Positions 1 through 10,660 are shown, counted from the stretch's first letter. The stretch is 64,000 bases of DNA from Piedraia hortae CBS 480.64 (GCA_010093745.1 MU005965.1:248001-312000); one strand, 5' to 3'. Made by a program: numbers and translations. The notes: generated from the letters alone by a model not told the origin.

Positions 1-1831
1 CATCGGCCGGCGCATCGTCATCATCGTCGTCGTCTCCGTCACTATCGTCATCTGACACGGAGCCGCCACGTGCAGAGGCTGGTGCATGTTCACGCTCCCA
101 CTTGGCCTTGCCTTTCCACATCTCCTCAAAGCGTTGGCGAAATTGCACGCCTATCTCGTGCACGGGATTGCCCTGAGGGTTGAAGGTCAAGCAATTATCA
201 ATCATCAGATCAAAGTCCTTCTTGAACTCGGCAGCGTTACCATACTCGCCCCCTTTCAGCTTGTGAGTGACGGTCGACAAGTCCATGGGCTTCTTGATGA
301 CCTGGAAGTAGTGGGGGATGTTTAGTGCTACAGGGTCAACGGGTTGCATGAAGACGCCATTAATCTGCCACAGTTTGGGAGACTTCATCTGATCAAGAAC
401 ATGCTCGCAGAAGCGGAGCTCCAGCTGGTGCTCTCTGCGCTTCGGCTTCGCGTACGAGATTTCACGGTTGACCGGAGGCTTAATGGCGCGCTTAGCACGC
501 TCGGTGGCGACGCCGCTCTGACGCCTAATCTGAGGGAGACCATCAGCCTGTAGGGCGAACGTCTGGGTGTCGGTCCGCGCGCCTGACGTCCTGTCACGAC
601 GCGTCTGTGTTTTGGAAGCCGACGTCGAGTTCTTGGACCCTTTAACCGGTGCCGTTTGGTCGGGCCCCGGGATTGCCTCCATCATGCGGTTGAAATACGC
701 CTGCATATTCAAAGCAGACCCGGTAATGACATGCTGGTCGCCATTAAACTTGCGACAGTTGGCAATGATGAGATTGAAATCGTCCACAAACGCCTGCACC
801 GTCTGGTACTGGCAACTCTTGAGCTTTTGATCCATGGTCCCGAGATCCATTGGACGCTTAATGACGTCGAAGTATGTAGGAATGTTCAGTGCGACGGGGT
901 CAACAGGTTTAAGGAAGGGGGCAGAATGTTTGGTCTTTTTGAGATTCTTCATCTTATCCGTCAGCACAGTCCGCTGGAGGGACGTCATCGGGCCAGTGCC
1001 ATACGCTGGCGTTGGATGTTGGGCGGACTCATTGGACGACGGAGCTGCCGAGGCAGTATCGGCCGCAGCCTGCGCGCCACCTTCACTTGCCTGCGTGGCA
1101 GGCTGCTCTTCACCCTCGGTCTTGACAGCAGGGGCGACGTCTGATGCGAGCTCTGTTGGCACGTCCACCACTTTGGCGTCATCTGGTAATGCGCGTTCCT
1201 TTGATTCTTCCGCCTCTACCTTCGGCTCAGCCAGCGCGTGTGCCATGACTTCAGCCTCAGACGCGGGACCGTTGTCCTCCTCAGAGTCCGCCTGACCGTT
1301 CGGCTTCGCGTGCATACCCTCGCCATTCACGTTAGCCGGAGACGGCTGAATGTCCACCCTGCTGCGCTTAACGGCGCGACCACCGTTGTCATCGTCGCCA
1401 TCCTCATCGCGCGGACGCACGACGCCCTGCTCCGGCGTGGCGTCGGCTGCGGAGCCCAACATGTTGTGATCGGAATTTGTGGGAGCATTGAACGCCACGC
1501 ACGAGCCGGCATCGGCCGCGGTGTCAAGAGGAGCGGACATCATGCCATGATTGATCTCGGGGTTGGCGGCAGCAGGAGGGTCGGAAGGGGTCGGCTGAGA
1601 GGCATCTGCCATAACGACAGAGGGATTGGGCTGGGAAACATCAGGCATGTCGATGTCGTGAGGCGCATCAGGCGCGGCCAGCGAGTCTTCGGGCGGTGGG
1701 GTGGGATGCGACAACGTAGGTGGGTCCTTGGGGATGAATTCGGCAACGGGTTGGATACCGCTGGCGACATCCTCAATTGGCGCCGGGGCGGCGACATCCA
1801 TGTTGGACATCGGCTGAGAAGCGTTGTCCAT
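1..1831 (-). CDS. BDF1: BET-family double-bromodomain protein (3' end outside window; absent from ORF track)
   Basis: Manual translation from ATG 1831 (MDNASQPMSN...). It contains two bromodomains: FLKPVDPVALNIPTYFDVIKRPMDLGTM...NCRKFN and FMQPVDPVALNIPHYFQVIKKPMDLSTV...NCLTFN. Confidence 0.93.
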   Translation of the reverse strand, partial: MDNASQPMSNMDVAAPAPIEDVASGIQPVAEFIPKDPPTLSHPTPPPEDSLAAPDAPHDIDMPDVSQPNPSVVMADASQPTPSDPPAAANPEINHGMMSAPLDTAADAGSCVAFNAPTNSDHNMLGSAADATPEQGVVRPRDEDGDDDNGGRAVKRSRVDIQPSPANVNGEGMHAKPNGQADSEEDNGPASEAEVMAHALAEPKVEAEESKERALPDDAKVVDVPTELASDVAPAVKTEGEEQPATQASEGGAQAAADTASAAPSSNESAQHPTPAYGTGPMTSLQRTVLTDKMKNLKKTKHSAPFLKPVDPVALNIPTYFDVIKRPMDLGTMDQKLKSCQYQTVQAFVDDFNLIIANCRKFNGDQHVITGSALNMQAYFNRMMEAIPGPDQTAPVKGSKNSTSASKTQTRRDRTSGARTDTQTFALQADGLPQIRRQSGVATERAKRAIKPPVNREISYAKPKRREHQLELRFCEHVLDQMKSPKLWQINGVFMQPVDPVALNIPHYFQVIKKPMDLSTVTHKLKGGEYGNAAEFKKDFDLMIDNCLTFNPQGNPVHEIGVQFRQRFEEMWKGKAKWEREHAPASARGGSVSDDDSDGDDDDDDDAPAD

Positions 1832-2159
1832 CAAAGACGCATCGACGAAGCAGCACACGTGACAGTCAACAGCGCGACTGTGACCGTTGGTGCGCCCAAA
1901 GGAGACTGTCGCAAATGGAGGGCACGTGATCAGTCGATGGCGGAATCGATAGCGGCGCTGACGATATGCGCGCCAATTGTATGTAACAGTCGGTCGGGAG
2001 GAGAAGTTCTAAAATGAAGATTATTTGAAAGGTGGAAAATGCGCTAGCGGGCGGCCCTTACCGCGACGCAATGCGTCACTAATTGGGGGGGCCGGGTGAG
2101 GTAACGAAACTCTTCGCGACGAAGCGTCGTGCCTTTCCCTCTGTGTTCGCAAGCAGCCG

Positions 2160-3139
2160 CCAAATGGTGTCAGTTTTGACAGAAGCAGGACGCTGCTTTA
2201 TTGTCTTGGCTTGGCCTCTCTGCTTTTGCGCGCTTTTGCAATGTTTGAGAAGGGGTTTTACGAGCACGTGATCGTAAGCGGCGTGCGGCGGGTGGGGCGT
2301 GGCGAGGAAAGCTTCCACAGCTACAGACCTCTACGCATGAACACCTTTGAACGCGCCTTTTGATACTCATGTTGGGAGAGCTCATAGACATACTTGAACT
2401 TGTCCTCTTATACATTAGCTCATCAATGATTACTTTGTTGCGCTCACGACCGTCTCATTTAGTTTGGACATGACGTCTGACAGCCGGGAGCTTGACATGT
2501 GGGCTGAGTCGAGATAGGATACATTCGGAGACTGATGCACAGCGGCAATGGACTTTGATAAAACCATGGCCTACATCGTGCCTCATAGGTCTTTGCTCTT
2601 GGAATTGACGTGTTTTAACTTCCTCAGGCTTTCAATGAGAATTGACAACATGAAACACTGAGCGTGCAGTTTGACTTACAATAACATTCTACAGTTTAGG
2701 TAACCCGTTAAAAAGTTACTAGCCCACTGCGAAACCTCCCTGCTGGCGGCATTGGGAGGCATCATCACGAGACAGAGAGGCTTTGGGGAAGTTGACAGCA
2801 TCAGTTGCGTTGGGAACTTCTAGATCCTGGTTATCTCACGATCTGTTGAGGCCTCATCAATGACTGTTAGAGACATGTTGGAAGGGCAAAGCATGATGAC
2901 AGGGTGGAGGGAAATTTGAGAAAGACGTTGCCCTGATCATTGACTGAAATAGTAAAGATTGTATTACTCATTGAACTTGCTTTGCCAAATTCAGGTCATG
3001 CATCTCGGCTTCCGAACAGAAGAGCTATGCTCCACGAGGTAATTCGCGGAAGCTTGTTACTCCTTTTCGTGAGTTGCATTGGAGGAGCATTTGCCCTTGA
3101 CTCTTCGGAACATCAACAGAGTTGACTACATTTTCGGTA
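2160..3139 (+). ncRNA. Candidate telomerase RNA (TER); ends approximate
   Basis: No credible ORF. Core-enclosing helix 2285-2293/2722-2730. Hairpin ending 2318, just before a 14-nt template with terminal CTAC repeats (2321-2334). Pseudoknot 2602-2718 with U-rich and A-rich loops. Long-range helices 2842-2849/3113-3120 and 2882-2890/3090-3098. Sm-like ATTTTCGG at 3130-3137 followed by GTAAGA at 3140. Confidence 0.72.
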
Positions 3140-3329
3140 GTAAGAATTTCTGCAATGGGGTGTTCCTCGGTGTGATAGGGGACTGATTCCCGTGATTCAT
3201 CCGTCCATGTAGAGTGACGCGCCAAGGAGGGGCTGGTGGCGCTAAGCCCGAACGGGATTGGCGCATAGAGAAAAAAATGCGTGGGTTCGTGGTGGGTCGA
3301 AATTCAACCTCGAAATTGGGATTGTGCAC

Positions 3330-4406
3330 ATGGCGAAGAGACAAAGAAAGACAGGCGCGGAGCCGGCGGAGGCCATAGTGCCTGCTTCCAAACGACAAAA
3401 GACGTCTCAGACTGGTCTCGGCTTCCTAGTCGACGACAACGTGCGCGGCGAAAAGCCGCTGGAAGCACGACTGACCAACGGCGTGCCAAAAACCAAAGCC
3501 ACACGGGTTGATGAATCACACGCCAAAGTGTTGGCAGATACAGGTGCGGAGAATGATGATTCAAGCGATGCAAGCGATGCGGAGGACGCAAGCTCCGAGT
3601 CAGACGACGATGAAGCAGATGGTGTGGAAGACGGTCAGGCGAACGGAGGTTCCGACGTGGACATGAAGGATGGACCGACATTTGGCGAGCTGGCTCTTAC
3701 ACGCCACGCCGATCCCATTGAAGTCGAGTCAGCGAGGGCCAAAGACACGACGACGTTAGTGAGGAAAGAGGCCAGCGCCACAACGTCCCTCAGCAGCGCG
3801 CTCACACAAGCCCTGAGGGTGAACGACACGGACTTGCTGGAGAGCTGCTTGAAGATCAACGATCTGCCGAGCATCCAGGCGACCATTGAGCGGCTGCAGC
3901 CCACACAGGCAGTCACTTTGCTCGTACGGCTATCTGAGCGAATTCACAAGCGGCCAGGGCGTGCCAGTCATCTGATGCTTTGGGTGCGCTGGACTTTGGT
4001 CTCACACGGCGGCTTCCTGGCAACTCAACCCGAGCCGAAGGCGCGGATGCGGACCCTCTCACAAGTAGTGCGTAATCGTGGCAATGGGCTCTCGGCGCTG
4101 CTTCAGCTTAAGGGCAAGCTGGACATGCTCAACGCACAACTCGAGCTCCGACAACGTATTGAAGCCAACAAACAGTCCGATGCCGAGACGGAAGAAGTTA
4201 CTGTCTACGTTGAAGGCGAAAGCGGATCCGACTTCAATGAAGACGATTCTAGCGATGACGGGCAGGCAGGAGATGGAGATGACGTGGCAAGCAGAAGCTC
4301 TTTGAGCGATGAAGGTGACGAGTCATCGGTCGAGCTGGTGTCCGACGAGGACAGTGGAGATGCGTCCGATTATTCGTCAGATAGCGAAAGGTCGATTCAG
4401 CGTTAG
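3330..4406 (+). CDS. UTP5: SSU processome subunit, Utp12/Dip2 domain (Utp5-like)
   Basis: SLSSALTQALRVNDTDLLESCL...IQATIERL...RPGRASHLMLWVRWTLVSHG...LLQLKGKLDML, with an acidic tail. First ATG at 3330. Confidence 0.88.
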   Translation: MAKRQRKTGAEPAEAIVPASKRQKTSQTGLGFLVDDNVRGEKPLEARLTNGVPKTKATRVDESHAKVLADTGAENDDSSDASDAEDASSESDDDEADGVEDGQANGGSDVDMKDGPTFGELALTRHADPIEVESARAKDTTTLVRKEASATTSLSSALTQALRVNDTDLLESCLKINDLPSIQATIERLQPTQAVTLLVRLSERIHKRPGRASHLMLWVRWTLVSHGGFLATQPEPKARMRTLSQVVRNRGNGLSALLQLKGKLDMLNAQLELRQRIEANKQSDAETEEVTVYVEGESGSDFNEDDSSDDGQAGDGDDVASRSSLSDEGDESSVELVSDEDSGDASDYSSDSERSIQR

Positions 4407-5220
4407 TCAGCCAGTCAATTGTTTTAACTTTGTTTTTGGTTCCTATGCTGTGTTTGTGGACTTGTCAACAAATGTCTGCCTGAAATTTGCTGCAAAATGT
4501 CGTGGGTGTGCTTGCTTCCATCTACTAATGAAGCAGGCAGCTCGCCGCTGTAGAGGACAAACCCCGGGTGACACTTTCCCTTTCGTCTTGGTGTACACAG
4601 CTTTGCTGCACTACAGGCAGAATCATTCCGCTTCTTATTGGCTGAGGCGTAAGCAGGGTACTTTTAAAGGTGTCCTGTTCAACATAAGATTTAGCTAGGC
4701 AGTCAAGTAAACGAAGCTGCATGGATTCGAATACCTGATTGCTTGTATGGTTCATTCACTCAAATCCATTCAGTCAGATTTGCTGGTCATCGTGATTCTG
4801 AGCGGATGTTTCTCGAATCGTGACGTGTGGATTGTCATCCCACGTGGAAGAACCATGCCATCAAACGTCCACTTTCTTAGGACAATGGATATGGAAATCC
4901 ATCTATGCAACACACTCTTTCTGAGACGCATAGACGAAGCATGCAGACTAACGTTTCCTCCGTCTCAGTTTGTACCCTACATTATTATTCTACACAATGC
5001 AGTGCCGTTCTAATTATGATGCAATGACGTTCTGTAATTCCGATGTCAACCCAACGCGACCCCACCACCCCGCCTTTGTACGACGGCCGCTTCCCCACCA
5101 CCGCAAATGAAATTTTCCGTTTGTGTCGCAAGCTAGAGGCAAACAAAGTCCCACTTCGTCCCTAGAACACGCCGTAGCCTCCCGTCCCTTCTCACCGCAC
5201 CCAGGTGTTTTTGTTAAACC

Positions 5221-5766
5221 ATGCCGAGAGAGGTCGATCCCGCGCGACGGTGGCTAAAGGAGAATACTCGTTCAGACTGGGCCTATCCCGATCCACCAAG
5301 GGCAGAAGCTCCGACAGAAATTGAGAGGGAGTTGAACGCACTCCGGGAGCCGCCAGTTTATAGGGCTCGTGAATTGTCCGAGGAAGAAGAGGAGCCCGTG
5401 GTCGAAGAAGACAATGAAGGTCTAAAGGTGTGGCTTGCACGGCGTGATGCCTGGACCGGAGCGCGAGACGGACGTGTGCCAGTTGCGCCTCCGATCTTGG
5501 TAGGAGATCCCCGCCGTGAGATCTACCCAGATGCGTACCTGGACATTTACTCCAAGATCATCGTTCAAGGCCGCACTCCAACCGTTCCCATCAACCTCGC
5601 GACCTTCATTCACGCAGTTGTTGCGGGCTGGAAGGCCGACGGTCAATGGCCGCTGCCGTCGGTTTTCCCTGCGCCGCCGGAAACAGAGACCAAAGGGCCG
5701 AGCACGTCTGATCCAGGTGGCTTCAGATGGCGGTTGAGTCGAGCGCTGGGGTTCAAGGAAGGCTAG
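5221..5766 (+). CDS. Gag1-like clamp / DUF4050-type protein
   Basis: C-terminal IYSKII...TPTVPINLATFIHAVVAGWKADGQWP motif typical of this family. Confidence 0.7.
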   Translation: MPREVDPARRWLKENTRSDWAYPDPPRAEAPTEIERELNALREPPVYRARELSEEEEEPVVEEDNEGLKVWLARRDAWTGARDGRVPVAPPILVGDPRREIYPDAYLDIYSKIIVQGRTPTVPINLATFIHAVVAGWKADGQWPLPSVFPAPPETETKGPSTSDPGGFRWRLSRALGFKEG

Positions 5767-7609
5767 GTTTTTCCTCAACGGGCGAGCCAAGTGATGGCGC
5801 CGTGGAAGCTGCTGTCGACGCTGACCGAGCTGGACTGCTGCATGTCCGTAGGCTGGTCTGGGAATCATCTGTTCCCTTGCGTGGCGGCGGCGGTAACGGG
5901 GCAGTCGGAGCAGGTCCTGGCGGCCCCCATCGAGCGGCAGCATTACGAAACGGCGTGCTGAAAGTAGGGAGTGTAGGGGATGCGCAAAATGGAACATCTT
6001 GATCCGGCACAGATTCTGGTTCGGGCACAACGGAGGCGACTGCAGCGACGGCGGCAACCGCTGCAGCAGCCACATCCTCGTCGGGGGATTCCAGTGTTGA
6101 CGAGTCACGACGTGGCACAGTAGGTCGCGTGACCAGCGGCGGTGGTGATTCTCCTCGCATACGGCGGGACATTCTTCGGTCCGTCTGGCGAGAGTGACGC
6201 TTGCTGGATCGGAACGGATCGCTGGTTTTGATGCCTTTGCGCATATGTTCGCGGCTCTGCGCCCTGGCCGTGCATTGACGAATGACCGCGCGCATGGCCT
6301 CGTCCTTTTGGCATTCGAGCGAGTGCAGCTTCGCGAAGCAAATGTCCATGGAGCTGCTCACGGCAGCAAGAGAAAGGTGCAGGTCCAACAACGTCTCAGG
6401 CTCCGCCCGCTCCTTGAGGCTATTTTGGATGCTTGTTGTGAGCTTCTGCCGGTCAAAGCGCAGTGTCGCGTACCGCACGTGGAGAGCCTCAGTCTGCCGC
6501 GTCAAGTTTACCAGAGTCATGGTGGGATCGATCTGATCGAGACGGTCTGTTCTCGCTGCGCGTTTCGGGAGCTCCGGTGTCGCCCCCTTTTCCAATATCA
6601 GCGTTCGGAGATGGTCCACGTTGTCAGCAGGTATCAAGCTCACGCGACGTTCCCGGCCTCGCCTGTCGTCTGACTCTTGCCGACGGTGCAGGGTCCCGTG
6701 GCTCTTGCGAGGTTCTGCAGGCTTCGGAGTAGTCATGTGAAGCGTGGGCGTCTTCTCGCCGTCAAGGGTCGGTACAGGCTCAGCCTCTGGTTTTGCGATA
6801 TTGCCATCCTTGAGGGGCGCAGGAGGCGGTCGTTCATCAGAGCTCCCTTGTTGAGAACGTCGACGAGCTTGTTGAGCTGTTGAAAGTGGCAATCTTGGAA
6901 CCGGTTTTGATATGCTGTCTCTTACAGACGGTCGGGGACGGTCGATCTTGGTCGGCTTGGAGGGTGTTAACGTGACTCTGCGGGCATTGGCCTCAATAGC
7001 ACTCTTTCTCGCCTTGACGATTCCTGGAGACTTGGGCGGCGGAGGCGGAGGAGGGGGCAAGGATTCGTCACTGCTGCTGTCGTGCCAGGCAGTTGCGTAG
7101 CGACTAATGGCAACAGAGTCTCGAGCACCAACCGTGTGCATGGGACTGACTGGAGAACTCTCTTGAATGATGATGTTCTTTGGGCTGACTGGAGGAGTAA
7201 AGTCTGCAGCCTTGGCTTCATCATCGCTGTGACCACAGTCCTCGCTGTCGGCGTCTTGAGCCTCGAAATCTAGACGCATACGGACGGGTACTGTGGGAGA
7301 ATCCATTGGTTGTTCCTGCACAGTCGACATTGGCCTCAGCTCTGTGACGCTTGATTTACGTGAACGCCAGGCGATGGCTGAGCCAAGATGGCGAGATGCA
7401 TATCGAAACTTGTGCTGTCCAGGCGAGCCCGAGAAGGAAGGAGATCTGGGAATTGGTGCAACTTTGTTCCGTCCAGGCGAACCAGAGACAGAAGGACTTC
7501 TTGGAATCTGAGGACCTGGAGGTTTTTGGAGTTTGCCCTTTGGAGTTGGACTTTCACCAGACGGGGGGAAAAGGCGATAGGCTTTGGACTCTGAAGCTTT
7601 TCTCATCAT
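5753..7609 (-). CDS. Pro/Ser-rich hypothetical protein with a central coiled coil
   Basis: Long open frame, ATG at 7609. Predicted coiled segment LTRQTEALHVRYATLRFDRQKL...MDICFAKLHSLECQK. Confidence 0.8.
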   Translation of the reverse strand: MMRKASESKAYRLFPPSGESPTPKGKLQKPPGPQIPRSPSVSGSPGRNKVAPIPRSPSFSGSPGQHKFRYASRHLGSAIAWRSRKSSVTELRPMSTVQEQPMDSPTVPVRMRLDFEAQDADSEDCGHSDDEAKAADFTPPVSPKNIIIQESSPVSPMHTVGARDSVAISRYATAWHDSSSDESLPPPPPPPPKSPGIVKARKSAIEANARRVTLTPSKPTKIDRPRPSVRDSISKPVPRLPLSTAQQARRRSQQGSSDERPPPAPLKDGNIAKPEAEPVPTLDGEKTPTLHMTTPKPAEPRKSHGTLHRRQESDDRRGRERRVSLIPADNVDHLRTLILEKGATPELPKRAARTDRLDQIDPTMTLVNLTRQTEALHVRYATLRFDRQKLTTSIQNSLKERAEPETLLDLHLSLAAVSSSMDICFAKLHSLECQKDEAMRAVIRQCTARAQSREHMRKGIKTSDPFRSSKRHSRQTDRRMSRRMRGESPPPLVTRPTVPRRDSSTLESPDEDVAAAAVAAVAAVASVVPEPESVPDQDVPFCASPTLPTFSTPFRNAAARWGPPGPAPTAPLPPPPRKGTDDSQTSLRTCSSPARSASTAASTAPSLGSPVEEKPSLP

Positions 7610-9550
7610 CGTTTGTATACAATTGAAGAGAGAGCGAACACAAGCCAAAAAAAGTATACAAAGTATGGGAAAGGGGGAAGGAATCGGAGTATTAATGAGA
7701 GACAGACGTCACCTCTATGTTTGGGGCTGGTCAACAGTTCGTGCATAACGAACAGAAGAGGGGAGGGGGGGGGGGGGTTTTTGCCTCAATTTCTGAGTTT
7801 AGCCTTTTTGGCGGCCCTTCTTCTGTGGGGGAATTCTGCTGATGAAACCAGTTGCTCCGGGGAAGGGACCGGGATGATTTCAGGTTGATTGCTAGAAGTG
7901 GGGGCTGCCCCTCACAGATCTTGAACGAACCAGTCTTCAATCTTCTGTTTTGTTCCGTTCTCCCTTTAACCTTGGCACAAAAGCTCGAGCAGCATCTGCA
8001 AGAATAGCAAAAACTACCCGTCGCATCAATCGGTTTTCTCTTCCCCCTATCCGTGCTCCATCGTTTCTGTTTTGTCAAAACCGTTCACCTGAACGAGCGA
8101 CGAACCAGGCACATGATCGACGCACGTTGGCATTGGGGCCAGCGGCTAGCGTGGGCATTGTGCATGGGTTCATACACACACATGGGGCGGGGATGGACGT
8201 TGCATTGAGAAGGGGAGAGTAAATATGCATAGTGTGGCGGAGCCTTTTTGGACCCGCCTATCTCACAGTCGGCAAATCCCTTGTCTGCTATAGATGAGGG
8301 ATGCAGTCTTTCCTCCTTGATTTTGTCCGCCGGCTTTCTTGGCCACGTTGGTGAGCATTTGGAATGGCCCCCTCCCCTGCCCTTCTGCTGCTTCTGCCGC
8401 TATCGGCTCATACCCCCCATGTCTATATCGTCCCAACGGTTCCGTTCGCGCATGATCGGCTTCTATATGCATCCAAGGTGGCTGGATTAGGAGTGTCAAA
8501 GAAACATAATCCATAGAGTACTCTCTTGGTTGGACTCCACATCGAACAATCACCACCAAACTCGTTCTATCTATACCCTGGGGAGAAGGGACTGTAGGGC
8601 TCAGTCACTTGCCAATGCCGAGTACCTAGCTAGGAATCCCCCACGCTTACGCAGCTATCTACAAAATTCAGCATCCATGGCGCAGATCTGCCACTTGGTG
8701 AGCAGGTTCTAAAGCTCTAGACCCCCTTGGCAAAATTGTGACCCCACACATGGCAGACAATGAAAGTCGTAGCCGGCTGTTGTAGTCAAGTCCCGGTTCC
8801 ACTGCATGCATGTCATGCAAATCAATTACGCCGCGCCATGTGCAGCTATCGTAAGTCTTGATAGCCACGTTGTCTGTTGCACCGAAGCAACAATGTAGCC
8901 GGCAAGACATGAGATTAGCCATCATGCACTTGATCACCGTTCCCATACTTGCATGTCCAACAAGTCCAGCACCAACTAAAGCGAATGGAGTTAAGTCTCC
9001 GGATCTACATTCTGCGTATGCACATCTACCCTTGCCATCGAGTGACGGAAGTCTCAGAGGCGATATACTGAACATATGCAGGTCTCAAAGTTCCTGTAGG
9101 GACTAGCTTGAGACCCTGTTGACAGCTGAGGGGGAGAACAACTATCCGTGCGGCTTTGCTCGGAGTGTGAGGGGAACTTGTTTCACTGAGGCGAGTGCTC
9201 AACGGTGCAGTGCAGCGCGTGCATGCATGCAAGTCCGGATGTTCAAGCCCGCATTGCCTTTATTGGCATCCCCGCCTTGTTTGTCCAGGCATTTCTGAAA
9301 ACTTCCAGACTATCCCAGAAGCTGCTGGAGCTAAAAGACGAGGGCAATACCCAGCCCAAAACAAAACATCCCTGACATGACGCAACAGTGAAGAACGGTT
9401 CTGACATCATAACTCCCCCGCTAATGTTTCATGCTCCAAACTCCTCAACTGAATCTTCCACACAGTCAAAGAAGGGCCGACTGGCATGCCCCCACAACAC
9501 TCAAAATTTGGTGTTTGCAGCTGTGTGCATGAACACATCTAATTTCATTC

Positions 9551-10375
9551 CTATTCTACTTTATCAATACTGGCAGTGGGCGGGACATCGCCCTTTGTTC
9601 GTCTCAACTTTTCCTCGAATTTTGCAAACTCGCGCATGGCAACCTCTTCCTCCTCGTCCATGACCTGCTGGACACCTGTGACTTCTTCAATATAGTGCAT
9701 AAGCATGCTCTCGATGCCGTTCTTGAGCGTAACGGTGGAGCTGTCGCATGTACGGCATGCGCCACGCAGTTTCAGCTGCACCTGGCCGTTGTGAAAGCCG
9801 CGGAACTCGATGTCACCGCCATCTTCTTGAATCGCGGGCCGAATACGTGTCTCCAGTAACTCCTGAATCATTCCAACAACCTCCTCGTCCTCGGGTGCAT
9901 ACGAGACCTTGTCCTCGCTGGCCCCTTGGTCTGAGGACTCGCCTCGGATCGTGTTGACGATTGGCTGTCCGTTGGTCACCGCCTCGCTAATGAGACTGAA
10001 GACTTCGGGCTTGACATGTGCCCATGGAGTGGCACTGTCTTTGGTCACCGTGATGTAGTTTTTCCCGTAGAAGACGCCCGTCACGCCGTCTACATTGAGG
10101 AGCTTTGCGGCCAGTGGCGAAGGGTGGGGAGCGGCCAAAGTCGACCTCGGAGAGAGGTATTCCAGGAATGAAGAGGGAAAGTCATCGCTCAGTATCTGGT
10201 GGTTGGGCACGAACTTGAGCGCATCGGCATTTGGCGTATCTTCCGTCTGGATGAAGATGGATCGTGTGGGTGGTGCAAACCGAAGTGGCAGTCGCTGGCG
10301 ATGCACAAAAGGTCTGGATGGTCTGTAGAATGCTCGCACGGGTACAGGAGGTCGTAAAAGCTGTACTGGTATCAT
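9551..10375 (-). CDS. NFU1: Mitochondrial Fe-S cluster carrier, NifU-like
   Basis: IFIQTEDTPNADALKF; IRPAIQEDGGDIEF...LKLRGACRTCDSSTVTLKNGIESML (CxxC). Arg-rich presequence. Confidence 0.95.
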   Translation of the reverse strand: MIPVQLLRPPVPVRAFYRPSRPFVHRQRLPLRFAPPTRSIFIQTEDTPNADALKFVPNHQILSDDFPSSFLEYLSPRSTLAAPHPSPLAAKLLNVDGVTGVFYGKNYITVTKDSATPWAHVKPEVFSLISEAVTNGQPIVNTIRGESSDQGASEDKVSYAPEDEEVVGMIQELLETRIRPAIQEDGGDIEFRGFHNGQVQLKLRGACRTCDSSTVTLKNGIESMLMHYIEEVTGVQQVMDEEEEVAMREFAKFEEKLRRTKGDVPPTASIDKVE

Positions 10376-10660
10376 TCTGCCTGTCATTGTCTCTATGACA
10401 TTTCTCCTCCTGTCTTGATTGATGTCATCTGTCACGGGTCGCGCCGCTCCGTCGGCGGAGTGTTTCCGCATTTTTGCCAACCACAGCAAACGAGGGCAGT
10501 TAGAGGATCATGTTCCTAGGATACGGATAGTCCACCCTGTTCACATACATGCTGTCTATTCGGATGCAGAAAATGGAAACCCAATGCAATATGCTGGGAA
10601 CACCTACAACGCCCCGGCGCCGTCCGCCCGTCGTGTACATCGTGATTCCATATCTATTCC

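Noticed and set aside
2317..2326. Alternative 6-nt template ACAGCTACAG
   Set aside because: It overlaps the boundary hairpin stem and gives a repeat unlike any TAGGG-type telomere; the 10-nt reading fits better.
2425..2480. Possible box C/D snoRNA (ATGATTA...CTGA)
   Set aside because: Imperfect box C, no recognisable rRNA guide, and the stretch is better explained as an internal arm of the TER candidate.
4780..4900. WTFDGMVLPRGMTI on the minus strand, vaguely cytochrome P450-like
   Set aside because: No ExxR, PERF or heme-Cys motifs nearby, and the frame is short with stops.
7650..9540. Long intergenic stretch with short ORFs (similar ones at 48100-49070 and 53200-54780)
   Set aside because: No recognisable protein, RNA or repeat structure; most simply upstream regulatory or UTR sequence.
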